Assembly (NCBI RefSeq): GCF_006345805.1
Contig: NC_042997.1
Location: 164,982,001-165,046,000, forward strand
DNA length: 64,000 nucleotides
Reading direction: 5' to 3'
Origin: Octopus sinensis
Taxonomy: Eukaryota
Part shown: positions 50,921-64,000 of the stretch, piece after piece
Layout of the letters: each line of letters opens with the position of its first letter
Numbering within the stretch: the first letter of the stretch is position 1
Notes under the pieces: model-generated
Databases searched by the model: none
Seen by the model: only the letters and a program-made list of their open reading frames with translations
Told to the model about the DNA's origin: nothing
Position numbers and translations under genes: made by a program

Positions 50921-51901
50921 AGGGGGAGAATTCACAAAAATAGCAAAAGACGAAGACAGGTGGTGTAGACAATAAACAGATGCATCTTTAACGCTCGGGA
51001 ACTGAAAAAAGTCTTTAACGTTCCGAGCCTACGCTCTTCCACAGAAAGGAAAGCAGAAAGAAACAGGGAGAGAAAATAAAGAATGTGTAGTGGCTAGCGA
51101 TCTATCATGGCGAATGCCGGACAGATGGGCCACACAGGAGAGCTAGGAAGAAGGGGAGATAATAAAGTAATGGTGATCCCAAAACGAAGGTGCGCCTGCG
51201 TGTGTATAAGAGAGTTTGTATGTGCGTGTGGAAGACGACTGGTGACCTTGACGTGTGCGTGTGTTCATGTGTATGTGTGTGGATGATGGTGTCGCTGCTG
51301 GGAAGTGGTCAGTGCTAGTGTGTGCGTGGTGGTATGATGTGGTGTGGTGTGGTATGGTGGTGTGGTGGTGTTGGAGCGTGGGTTAGGCGAGAGAGGGGAA
51401 AGCAAAGGCGGGTGTGGGTTAGGCTGAGGGTGGAGGTAGAGGTGGGGTGTGTGAGAATGGGTGTAAGGGATGAGGTGTGTGGGATGGTATGGATAGGAAT
51501 GGTGGATGGGATTGTGTAGGAGTGGGGTTACGAGGAAGGGGTGACGATGAAGGGAGAGAGGGAGGAGAGAAGGAGGGTAGGAGTGAAGAGAAGAAGTAGA
51601 AGTCGGAGCCAGAGAAGAGAGGTGGGTGGGAGGAAGTAAGTGTGAGAGGAAGAGAGGAGAGGGAAGGAGAGTTGAGCCCATGTGGCGCGAAGGAGCGAAG
51701 AGAGAAGATTAATCCTCGTTCACGGCCAAGACGGGAGTCTGGGTGGCCCTTTTGCAATGGCAATCCGAACACAGACAGGTGTTGCAAAGAGTGACCGGTA
51801 GAGCGGAAATGGCGCGAGACCGTGATGTCATTGCCGAGTCGGATGTCTCGGTGTTATGCGAACCGGTCTGCCAAGCGGCGTCCAGTTTGCCCGATGTATA
51901 G
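50915..51901 (-). mobile_element. 5'-truncated Penelope-like element
   Basis: pLTR with hammerhead-like motif (51012-51049), purine-rich tract and GIY-YIG relic; collinear with 8825-9860. Confidence 0.88.
51668..51901 (-). pseudogene. GIY-YIG endonuclease C-terminal fragment (Penelope)
   Basis: One frame: LYIGQTGRRLADRFA*HRDIRLGNDITVSRHFRSTGHSLQHLSVFGL...RERGLIFSLRSFAPHGLNS (YIG-x-T-x-R-x-L-x2-R-F-x-EH motif). Confidence 0.9.
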
Positions 51902-51939
<38 letters not shown>

Positions 51940-54210
51940 GGATACACATCTACGCACATACATTCACACATTTAATCACACATACTTATAGACATACAAG
52001 CACACACTAACATACAAACCAACATGCACATACATACACACATACATACATACACACACACATACATACTTACACACACACACACACACAGACATACATA
52101 CACACATACATACACACATACATACGCACATACATACACACACACACACACATCGCACATACATACTTCACACACCTATACTTACATACACACACACACA
52201 TGCATGTACGCACACACACATACATACATACATACCCACACATGCACACCTTTACACGAATGCACACACACATACACCTATTTGCACCCAGGCAGCTCCC
52301 CCCCCTTTCTGGTTTTGGTTGATGGATCTTCGGTTCTCGTGGAGCGGGTCGTTCGGGGGCCCCCGCGCGCACACGCCTTGGCGCGTGCTGGGGGCTGGTC
52401 GGCCCCTTGGGCTCGCGTTGTATTGTTTGTGTGTTGTGTGTGTGAGCGTGCTTCGTGTGTGTGGGCGCGCTTTGGGTGTGTGCGTGCGTATGTATACATA
52501 CATACCCACACACACGCATGCATCCCTACCCACATACATACACGCACACCTACTCACACACACACATACACCCACACATACACACACACATACCCGCACA
52601 CACACACATACATACATACACACACATACCTACTTCAGACATACACACATACACACACACACACATACCAGCACACACACACATACATACATACACACAC
52701 ATACCTACTTCAGACATACACACACACAGACATACACCCATACACTCACACTCACACGCATACACACACACACACACATACACACGCACACGCACACATA
52801 CACACACACACACACCTACATACATACATTACACTTGTACACACACACACTTACATTCATACACACACACACCTACACAGCCATACCTTCACTCATACAT
52901 ACACACATACCTACACACACACACAAACACACACAGACACACACCCATACATACACACAGACATACACACATACACACTCACACATACATACACACATAC
53001 TTACACACACACTCGCCCTGCACGCGCACGCACATGCATGACAAACACCCGTACACTCACACTCACATACACACATACCAACATATACACGCACACGCAC
53101 ACATACACGCACACACACACCTACACTCCCACACACATACATACGCACCTACATACACACACACACACGCATACACACGCATACATACGTATATTACATA
53201 CGAACACACACACCTACATACACATGCATACACACACACACACAAACATACACGGACACACCCATACATACATACATACATACACCTATACACACACGCC
53301 TACACACCTACATACACACACATGCATACACACACACACACGTACGCACATACACACACATATACGCACATACATATATACCTACACACATGCACACACA
53401 CACACACATGCATGCATGCATGCACACGCGCAGTACGCATACAGGCACACATGCATACACACACACACACGCACGTAGACATACATACACACACACATAC
53501 ATACATCCATACACATACATGCATCCTACACACACAGACATACACACTCACACATACATACACACACACACTCACTCACACACCTGCATGTACGCGCGCA
53601 CACACGCACATACACACACTTCCACACACACACACGTACATACATACACACTCATACACATACACACACACACACACACGGACATACATCTATACACACA
53701 CATATACACACACATACTTACATACATTCATCGGACACACTGACACCCGGACATACACACAGACACACTCACACATCCACACACACACATACCTACACAC
53801 ACACTCGCAGGCGCGCGCACATACACGCTTGTGTGCGCTCGCGCACGCATACACGCATGCACCAAGCTCGTGGGTACCGACTATTTCTCCTGTCCGTATC
53901 TGGGGCGGGCGCGTGTCTTTGGGTTCTCCCACGCCTGTCGCCGCGGGACCACACTTCCATCTTTCCCTCAGCTGCAGTTTTTTTTCCTTAATACCCCCCC
54001 CCTTTTTTGTACACACACGCACACACATACACACACCCACTCACACACACACATTTGCATACACACACGCACACACATACACACACCCACTCACACACAC
54101 ACATTTGCATATACATATACATTACACTTACACACACGTCAAATTTACTTGCCATACATACAACTACGCACACTGGACACACACACTGGCACGTTACATA
54201 CGCCCCCACC
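51902..54210. repeat. Long imperfect (CA)-rich low-complexity region
   Basis: Directly visible; source of the 484- and 664-aa His/Thr pseudo-ORFs. Confidence 0.9.
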
Positions 54211-54214
54211 CTTT

Positions 54215-54703
54215 CCCTCCTTCCCTTCTTCCCTCCTTCCTCCTTTTTTTACTACTGACCACTCACTTGAGACTTGCTATGTCAACTACTGTTCGCCCTA
54301 CATTACACACTTACATACAGACGCACGCACTAACATATACATATATTTTTTTATTCTTATCTCGCCTCACACACACATGCACACACTCACACATACATAC
54401 ACATCATTTTTTGTTACCAACCTTCCTGTCTCCACTCTTTTGGCTTTAAAAACCTACTTTGGCCTTGGTTTCCAAAACTTCCGGTCATTTCAGCATGTGT
54501 ACTTCGTAAACACCAGTCGCGTTTTTTTTCCCTCTTTCGCCCACATCGGGATCTTTCTTCTTTCTTCCTTCTCTTATGTTTCCGACGAAGAGCTCCGCTC
54601 GAAACGTCATACCTTCCTTTTTCCATTTTCCTGAGCGCCTAATAATAATAATACTGTAATTGTTCCACGTGTTGTTGTTTTTTCTGTTTTCCCGTTTGGA
54701 TTA

Positions 54704-54705
<2 letters not shown>
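54215..54705 (+). mobile_element. Penelope-like 3' region/pLTR fragment with hammerhead-like motif at 54577-54613
   Basis: ccgacgaagagctccgctcgaaacgtc followed by ctgagcg..taataata..atactg...tgttgttgttttttctgttttcccgtttgg, abutting (TA)n. Confidence 0.6.
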
Positions 54706-54753
<48 letters not shown>

Positions 54754-55459
54754 CATACATGCAACTACATATATACATACACACAGGTTGTAATGTGTGT
54801 TACTACGTTTGCGGCAATGCTTATATACAAAGTCAAAGAATATTTGATACATACAGATATGTAGTTTCACATGAAAGCATACTCAGATTTACCTGTCCTT
54901 TCCTTTGGAAAAATACAAAGGCGCTGTTTGCAGAACAGACACCTTTTGCTGGTATTATTAGTAGGAATGATTATTTTGCTGACCTTCGTTGTGTCGTGTT
55001 CTATGTGTATTTAGTCTGGTACTGTGACTGTAACGCGCTGACAGTTAGAAGCTCTTCTGACTTTTGAGAATTTAGAAATTTATTCTATACTCTTAATAGG
55101 AGCTGAGTGTATGTCTATATTTGCGATTGCATAGACACGTAAATCAACCAGCGAAAGTGTGGTACAAGCTCCCACGTCATACTCGTTCGTGATTGAGGAC
55201 TTGTGATTAGGCAGATTGTTATAACGAGCTTTGTTTCCAAGCAATCTACAGGGTCTGGGCACACGGTTTCTTCTATTTGATAAATAGGACGTTGATACAC
55301 GAGAAATCTCGAGAAAAAAAACGAGAAGGTTGATACAAAAAGTGGAACGAGAAGACAAAGAGTGAATTAAAAATAAAGGAAAGAAACAAATGAATTATTC
55401 TTTCCTTGTTTTCTTTTTTCTCTTATTTTTTCCATTTTTATTTACAGCAATTTTGTTGC

Positions 55460-56110
55460 ATCACTTTTCACATAGCACTTTTATCAAAGCCCTTGTAATA
55501 TAGGGCCCTGTCATAGAAATTATGACATAGCGTTTCTATTGTAACATTAATAACATTGGAATAGTATCATCGCACTTTTAGCATAACATTTCTCCCATAG
55601 CTCTTATAACATAGCGCTGCAATCATAGCCCTTTTAATACAATGTTTTGATCACATCACTCACCAGATAGCACTTTTGATATAGCATGTATATATTTACA
55701 TAACACAGTGCTTCCATCATAACACCATTGTCATAGCACTTTTATCATAGCTTTTATAACATAGTGCTTCAATCGTATTATTATGGTACTTTTGAAATAA
55801 CACTTATTACTGCGCTTATTACGGCAGCACACATAACATAGCGCCTCTATAATAAGGCCTCTGTAATTTCAGATCTAACAGTGTTTCACTAAAAACACCT
55901 CTAGAATAGCCCTTTTAAGATGGCTCTCCTCTGATAGTGCTTCTGTGACAGTTCTCTAATGATACTCAGATCGGAGAACTTCCTGCCATAGTAATCTGAA
56001 TACAGTTTCTTACTGTTGTGTCCTAATCATAAACCTCATACTTGAGCACTCCTATCATAGACTGCCGTTCATTGAGTTTCTGATTTAGAGCCCCTCTCAT
56101 AGCTCTCCTC
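55460..56110. repeat. Cryptic degenerate ~14-bp minisatellite (catagcacttttat-like)
   Basis: Recurring catagc/atagc...tttta(t/a) units, e.g. catagcacttttat catagcttttataa catagtgcttcaat. Confidence 0.7.
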
Positions 56111-56219
56111 AAACGTGTCCTTTTATTAATTTTAATATGGCAAAGTTGGATTTGAAGGGAAACTTCTTTCGGTTTCTAGCAGACTGAGTAATCACATAAA
56201 GATAGAAATCCACATTGCC

Positions 56220-56292
56220 TTGTTGCTGCTGTTAATGATATTGTTTTGTTGTTGTTCGGTTTTGCTCTTGATGATGGTGGTGGTGGTGGTGG

Positions 56293-56360
<68 letters not shown>

Positions 56361-56560
56361 ATGTTGGTGGTGGTGGTGGGGGTAGTGGGGGTGGTTGTAT
56401 TGTTGAAGGTGTTGATGATGATGATGATGTTGATGATGAGGGTGGTGGTGGCCATTGTGATGATGTTGTTGTTGGTGGTGGTGGTGGCGTTGATGATCAT
56501 GATGGTGGCGGTGGTGGTGGTGGTGGTGATGGTGGTGTTGATAAGGATTATATTGGCTTC
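56220..56560. repeat. (GAT)n/(GGT)n/(GTT)n trinucleotide mosaic
   Basis: Directly visible; similar tracts at 61040-61200 and 61310-61570. Confidence 0.9.
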
Positions 56561-57321
56561 CTTCATTTTTGTTATTGCAAGTGCTTCTTATAGCAATCGT
56601 GTGTTTTCATTGTGAGACACGTGTTGTTGTTAGTGCTATTGTAGTATAGTAGTTGTTGTACATTATTTCTTCAATTGTTTTACGTCCCAATTTATCATTG
56701 TTCGTAGCAACGCTGTCGTTCATGTTACTGCTGCCATTATTGTTGCTGCTACCACTACTGCTGCTGCTGCTGCTGCTGTTGTTGCTGGTGTCGTTGTTGT
56801 TGTTGCTGTTGTAGTGTCCTATTGTTCTGTCACAACATATTTAATTTAGTTCAACTGTGCATGTGTACGAGTGCGTCAGAGTGTCTGCGTTTCTGAGTGT
56901 GCGTTCGTGCGACAGTTTGGATGAGTGTCTGTGTGTGTGTATGTGTGTGTGTGTGTATGCGCTATGCCTGCGTATGTGTTATGTGTGTGCGGGCGCGCTT
57001 TTGAGTGTGTATGTGTTTGCGTCAGTGTATGTGTGTTTGTGTGTGCGTACGCACGCACACATATGTGCGTGTTACGTTAGCGTTTGTGTGAGTCTACGTG
57101 AGTGCTTGTGTGTCCTTCTGTGCATGTGTGTGTGTGCGTGTGTATGTGTGTGTGTGTGTGAGCACATGCGTATTATGTATTTGTGTGTATGTGCATGGAT
57201 GGGTATGTGTATGTATTTCTGTCCATGCGTGTGTGTGTCATATGTGCGTGCACGCATGAATGTTTCCATGTGCGAGCAGGGAATATTTTCATGTACGTGC
57301 ACAAATGTATATTGGTGTGGG

Positions 57322-57366
<45 letters not shown>

Positions 57367-58649
57367 ATATATTTTATACTTGCATATCCGAGTGGACGGG
57401 TATGCTTATGCATGTGTATCTATATGTGCGCACGTGTGTTGCTACGTCCACATGTGTGTGTGCGTTTGTATGTCTATGATTATGCGTGTGACTGCATGTG
57501 TGTGTGTGCGTGCACGCGCGCTCGTTGGTATTTGTATGTATGCATCTATGTGTATGCTTGCATGCTCCTCTATGTGTGTAATAGTGTGTGTGTGCGCGCG
57601 TGCGTTTATGTTATATGCTTGTGTTGGTACATTTATATGTGTGTATAAAGGGAGCCGAGGTCGACTTTGCCTGTCATCCTTTCGGGGTCGATTAAACAAG
57701 TACCAGTTACGCACTGGGGTCGATATAATCAACTTAACCCGTCTGTCTGTTCCTGTTTGTCTCCTCTGTGTTTAGCCCCTTGTGGGTAATAAAGAAATAG
57801 AAATAGGTATTTCGTCTGCCGCTACGTTCTGAGTTCAAATTTCGCCGAGGTCGACTTTGATTTTCATCCTTTCAGGGTCGATAAATTATGCACCAGTTAC
57901 GTACTGGGTCGATGTAATCGACTTAATAACCTTTGTCTATCCTTCTTTGTCCCCTCTATGTTCAGCCCCTTGTGGGCAATAAAGAAATATATATGTGTGT
58001 GTGTGTGTGTGTGTTGTTCTTGTATATTCATGCGTGCGTGTCTGTGTGCTTGTGCGTGTGTGCATCTACGTAGCTTTTATCTTTTATCCTTTACTTATTT
58101 CAGTCATTAGAGTGCGGCAATGCTGGGGCACAATCTTCAAGAATAATTTTAGTCCAGAACCTATTGTTATTTTAAGCCTGTTACTTATTCTATCAATCTC
58201 TTTTGCCGAAGCGCTGTTCTACGGAGACGTAAACACACCAACACCGGTTATGAAGACTCACGCATACACATACACACACACACTAAATTACGACAGGCTT
58301 TTTCACTTTTACTCTACCAAAACCACTCACAAAGCTTCGGTCGGTCCGAGGCTATTACAGAAAACACTTGCGCAAGGTGACACGCAGTGGTTCTGTACCC
58401 GGAACTATGTGGTTGGGGAGCAAACATTTTACACACAGCCACACCCTGCGCCTGTATGTGTGCAAGCATAAGAACATGTTAATGCATTCATTTATGAATA
58501 TGTTTCTGTATCTATGTTCGTGTGAGCGCATGTGTTGTGGGTGTGCATCTATGTAAACGTTTCTATGAGATTGTGTGCTTGTATGCATATCTACGTATAT
58601 AATATACATACATACATACACACAATCATCCACACACACACACACACAC

Positions 58650-58685
<36 letters not shown>

Positions 58686-58977
58686 CGTGATCACCGTGAC
58701 CGACCAGGTTGTCAGATGTTGCTACACGTCGCTGGTCACATTGTTTTAGCCTTCAAATGATGCCACACAGCTGGCTAAGCGAGCAGGCCAACAGTAGAAG
58801 AGTGAGAGAAAGTTGTGGCGAAGGAGTATAGCAGGGATCGCCACCAACCACTGCCAGTGCCTCGTGGACCATTAGGTGTTTTCGCTCAATAAACACTCAA
58901 ACGTCCGATCTGGGAATTGAAACCGCGATCCTACCCACCACCGCGAGTCCGCTGCCCTAACCTCTGGGCCATTGCGC

Positions 58978-59441
<464 letters not shown>

Positions 59442-59473
59442 TCACCACGTGCTTTACCAAACAAACTTTCTTA

Positions 59474-59531
<58 letters not shown>

Positions 59532-59535
<4 letters not shown>

Positions 59536-59851
59536 TTATCGCTATACTAATATGGCATTCTTATAAAATAAGAAAAAAGCTGTCCGCTATTAGCTCCATG
59601 AGGCCATCGCCTTAAGTTAGCTATTTGATACACAAACTGTATCCATATAACCTTCGAACAAGGGAGGTCAGTCGCTCCACACTACTTGACCGGCAGCTAC
59701 AGACGCGTTTCGGGGTATTGCCCCTTTTCAATGCAAGCGTAGCCAGCCAGTAGGTGTCGCTTCCGACAATCTCTGTTCGATGGTTTTTATTTACCTAGTT
59801 TCGGTGGAATACATCCACTGTTTTCAATAATATTAGTATGGCGATAACTAT
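59532..59851. mobile_element. 320-bp element bounded by 22-bp inverted repeats
   Basis: atagttatcgctatactaatat / atattagtatggcgataactat (1 mismatch); internal gacgcgtttcggggtattgcccc. Confidence 0.7.
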
Positions 59852-60086
59852 TATTTTCCGGGAACGCTGCCGCTGTTCTCTTTAGAGAGACTTAGTTATT
59901 TTAATATTTCTATTATATATATATATATACATTCACACACAAACACACCGACACGTGCAACATATGTATGTATATAAATATACATGCGTATGTGTATGTA
60001 TATTATATATATATAATTATATAGGATAAAATTTTTTTCGGGAAAAAATTTTATCAATGGCCAGCATATCAAGCCACCACCTTTAA

Positions 60087-60140
<54 letters not shown>

Positions 60141-60262
60141 CGTGATCACCCCCGTGACCGACCAGGCTATCAGATGTTGCTACACATCGCTGATCACAAT
60201 GCGCTTCGCATTGTTTTAGCCTTCGAATGACGCCACACCGCTGCTAAGCGAGCAGGCCATAC

Positions 60263-60293
<31 letters not shown>

Positions 60294-60883
60294 ATAGATA
60301 TATATATATGTATGTATGTATGTATGTATTATGTATGTATGTATGTTTGTATGTATGTATGTATGTATGTATGTATGCATGTATACACAGGCAATATTTA
60401 TATGTATATACATACATGCATATATATTTTTATACATGTGTGTGTGTCTGAGTGCAATGCAGCGTTTCCCCGTTTGTTTTTGATTCGGTATGTGTATGTC
60501 TGTGCATGTGCATATGTGTGAGTGCATGTCTATGCATACGTGTGTTTGTACGTGTAACTCTTCGTGTGCGTGTGTGTGTGTGTGTGCGCGCGCGCGCACT
60601 TATGTGCATAGAATATTGTATAAGTGTGTGTGTATATATACGCGTGCACGTGAGCCCGAGGCTACACATTAGTGTGTATATATGTCTTGAAGTGTGTATG
60701 TAGTAGCTTAAATCCAACGCGCACCAGCAAACCATGGCTTCTGCGCAGTAAGTTATACAGCACGCGCGCGCGCGCGCGCGCACACGCACACACACACACA
60801 CACCCACACACACACACACACACACAAGCACACACATACACCCATGCATACAAACGTACATATACATAGACATATAATATAAT

Positions 60884-60951
<68 letters not shown>

Positions 60952-61150
60952 GTCTGTATATATACATATATAAACGTATGGTGTATATATATATATATAT
61001 ATATATATTGGTGTGTGTTTGGTGTTATGAAGAGATTGAATGCACATAATAATAATAATATCTAATAATAATAATAATAATGAGAATAATAATGATGATG
61101 ATGATGATGATAAGATGATGATAATAATAATAATGATAATAATAATGATG

Positions 61151-61196
<46 letters not shown>

Positions 61197-61719
61197 TAAT
61201 AGTAAGTATGAATGCAGACAAATATACAAAGCAAAAGCTGAATAATTAAAAAGGAGTTTTTGGTGTGTCATGTCAGGTGCTGACATCATTATGGCATTGA
61301 GGGCAGTTGTTAATGATGATGATGACGACGACGACGACGGGGATGTCTACAAAGAAGACGGCGATGATGATAATTTTGATGTTGAGGACGACGACGGGCA
61401 CATAGCAACGACCACGACGGCGATGATGACGATAACGATGATGAAGAGGCAGATGATGAGGAAGAAAAAAGGAGGGGAAGAAGATGAAGAAGAAGAAGAA
61501 GAAGAAGAAGAAGAAGAAGAAGAAGATGATGATTATGATGATGGCTACAATGATGATGAAGATGAACTATGAATGAAAATATATTGGTAACATGTGTGAT
61601 AAAATTTGGGACTTAATTTATAGTGAAAAGTGTATGAGTGAAGATGTCAAAGAAATGAAAAAGAATATGTATGTATGTAAGTATGTATGTACTACGTATG
61701 CGCGGAAATATATTTGTAA

Positions 61720-62150
61720 CACGCAGATCCCGAGGTGCTCCACGAGGCTGATTGCCCCATCACTGAGTCATCTCCAGAACATCAATGAAATGCAATGGGC
61801 GGGGCATGATGAGCAGATAAGCAATGAATGACTCCCAAAACAGTTTCTGTTTTCTACGGTGAACTGGAAATTGGAAAGCTTCGGAAAAGTAAGCCTAAAA
61901 ATAATCCTAGAACTGATTAATAAGCAGCCTAGAAACCATGGAGAGAAACTTGAATTTCTGGGAAAAGCTGGTGATAAAATGGAAGTCTGCAGCATGTAAG
62001 TATTTACGCGGAGGCTCCATTTCGGATCTACTTGATAATCCGCAGGGCTGGAAGTGTGATACCTGTGGATATGTTTTTCTTTCGAAAGTGGGTTTTGTTA
62101 ATAACATGAAATCGCGTATACACCGAAACAATCCACGGAGTTTTACTGCA
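61720..62150 (+). pseudogene. RTE (BovB-like) LINE 3' relic
   Basis: Frameshifted EVLHEA..., caatgggcggggcat (RWAGH-like), LPK...FYGELEIGK, then WE...W; typical RTE C-terminal pattern. Confidence 0.55.
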
Positions 62151-62274
62151 ACGGAAGATCACTGTGGTGTGAAACTTGAGTCGCGTGGTAAATTCTCAGT
62201 TTCAGTTTTATTGAAAAACCATACATACATACATACATACATACATACATACATGCATATATATATATATATAG

Positions 62275-62480
62275 GGAGAGTTTACAAGAAAAACAAAAGA
62301 CGAAGACAGGTGATGTACAAAACACAAACAGATGTATTAGTATAACACTCTGGAATAGAAAAAGTCTTTTACGTTTCGAGCCTACGCTCTTCTACAGAAA
62401 GGGACACAGAAAAAACAAGGAGAGAAAAAAATGTGTGTAGTGGCTAACGATCTATCATAGCGACTAGTGCCGGACAGAAG
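62275..62480 (-). mobile_element. Penelope-like pLTR fragment with hammerhead-like motif at 62365-62402
   Basis: Homologous to 8825-9060 and 50915-51130. Confidence 0.75.
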
Positions 62481-62481
62481 G

Positions 62482-62540
<59 letters not shown>

Positions 62541-64000
62541 AGTAAATTTCGAATGCAGTATCGTTGTATACCTGTGTAAACAGCAGAAAGATTGAGCATT
62601 TGTTTTTTACCCTTATAAGATGAAAAAAGTTGCCTGCTAGCTATCTGTTTACCTGTGCATGCATATATGCTTGCATGTTTGTGTATATGTATGTAAGTAT
62701 GCATGTTCACATACATTTATATACGCGTGCGTGTGTTTTCGTGTGTTTGTCTATCTCTTTAGGATTGAGATGTATAGTGTATATAAACTGCTGGGTGGCT
62801 CGGTTGTGAAATAAAAAGTCTTGTTCTTTCTTCATACTTTGCACAATCACTATCCAATAGTTTAAGCAAAAATTACCTAAAAGAACAAATTCAGTGGTGT
62901 GCATTTGAATAACATAGACAGATACAGGTATACCGAATACCATACAACTTACATTCTCGACTTATTAAAATGACACCTCTAGATGAGGTGTCATAGTTAC
63001 CAAACGACAATTAAGAACAGCTCGGCCTGAAAAGGGGAGATAATTATAAAGACTGAATGATTCTCTGTAGTTAGCATGCCATTAAGGAAAAAGATAAGTT
63101 TATTGTCTTGAGGTAAGAGGATAGCCAAGTCTCTTGGCTATTGGAGATATGTTTGGACAATTGTCTTTCTTATAAGGCTATTGAGTCAAACCAGCTGTCC
63201 ACAACCGTCCTCTTATCGCCAGACAATAAGTCTGTGTTTTTCCTTCATGGCATGTCAACTTTGGAGAATCCTTGAGTTTTGAGAATATATATTGTATGGT
63301 ATTCGATATACCTGTGTCTGCCTATGTATTATTAAAAGAGAGAAAGAGAGTGAATACAGAAATAGAAGTAGATAAACAACGAAAGAGTAGAATCAACTCT
63401 GATACTTGACTTGCAGTTCATTTATCGACTTTGAAAGGAAGTAAAGGAAAAGAACTCTCACTTGAAAATTCGCAAAGAAACAAGAAAAATAATGATTGCA
63501 TTTCAAATACACAATCTAAGAGCCGATAATGAAATATTATATTTACCACGAATAAAGCAAGAAGAACCACCTGCGTCTACAAAATAATGAGATGGCTGCA
63601 GTAAAAAAAAATTGAAATAAACTATCAATATCAAGTAAGCAAAGAAAAAAAAACTAATACGTATAGCTACAAAATATGGACAAAGCAATAAACTGCTTTC
63701 TGTCTTCAAGAGAGCCAACAAATATAAAAGAGAGGCTGAGGTAACTTATAATCTGTAAGGAGAACGGAAAAGCTATGACTGAAAATATTAAAAACAAAAA
63801 AAAATAAACGTATTACAAAATATCAATAGATAACACCTGATACGATTGAATAAAGAACGGGAGAAGGTAAAGAATGGCTCTCTACACTAGCTGAAAAGTG
63901 TAAAAGTCAGATAGGTGACAGTATATATTTCCGACTGAGGTAGAAGGACAAGAATGACTTCACATTAGAAACTACCAAAAGCATAAAAGGAATCAGACTA

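Noticed and set aside
52024-54449. 484-aa and 664-aa His/Thr-rich ORFs
   Set aside because: They are translations of imperfect (CA)n repeats, which lack stop codons in most frames; no non-repetitive coding signal.
56192-56615. Poly-Thr/Ile, poly-Met/Val and Gly/Asp ORFs
   Set aside because: A trinucleotide mosaic open in several frames on both strands; no unique protein context or splice evidence.
61270-61572. Acidic Asp/Glu-rich 100-aa ORF
   Set aside because: Built from (GAT)/(GAC)/(GAA) repeats adjacent to other microsatellites; not distinguishable from repeat noise.

Overview
AT-rich eukaryotic genomic DNA that is almost entirely intronic or intergenic repeat. It is most likely an octopus (coleoid cephalopod); this is inferred from the SINE families and the extreme microsatellite load. 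No intact protein-coding gene is visible. Nearly all ORFs in the supplied track are microsatellite translations (YI, VC, HT, LS, poly-I/N/D) or decayed transposon fragments. Supported contents: a decayed Gypsy (Mag-like) LTR retrotransposon with both LTRs, PBS and PPT; several Penelope-like element (PLE) 3' ends with GIY-YIG C-termini; RLE-type LINE relics (R4/Dong-like, HERO/NeSL-like); Tx1/L1, CR1/L2 and RTE fragments; Tc1/mariner and hAT-Buster relics; a TIR element with a 9-bp TSD; many tRNA-derived SINEs; a 100-N gap; and three weak candidate host exons. The most interesting signal is a set of about 15 minimal type-I hammerhead-ribozyme-like motifs. These include two PLE subfamilies sharing non-canonical core variants (CUGUNGA; CCGANGA), two long fold-back palindromes with a motif on each strand, and a ~321-bp retrozyme-like tandem dimer that also carries CTCF-consensus motifs. 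All ribozyme calls come from reading the sequence by eye; none was computed or tested.
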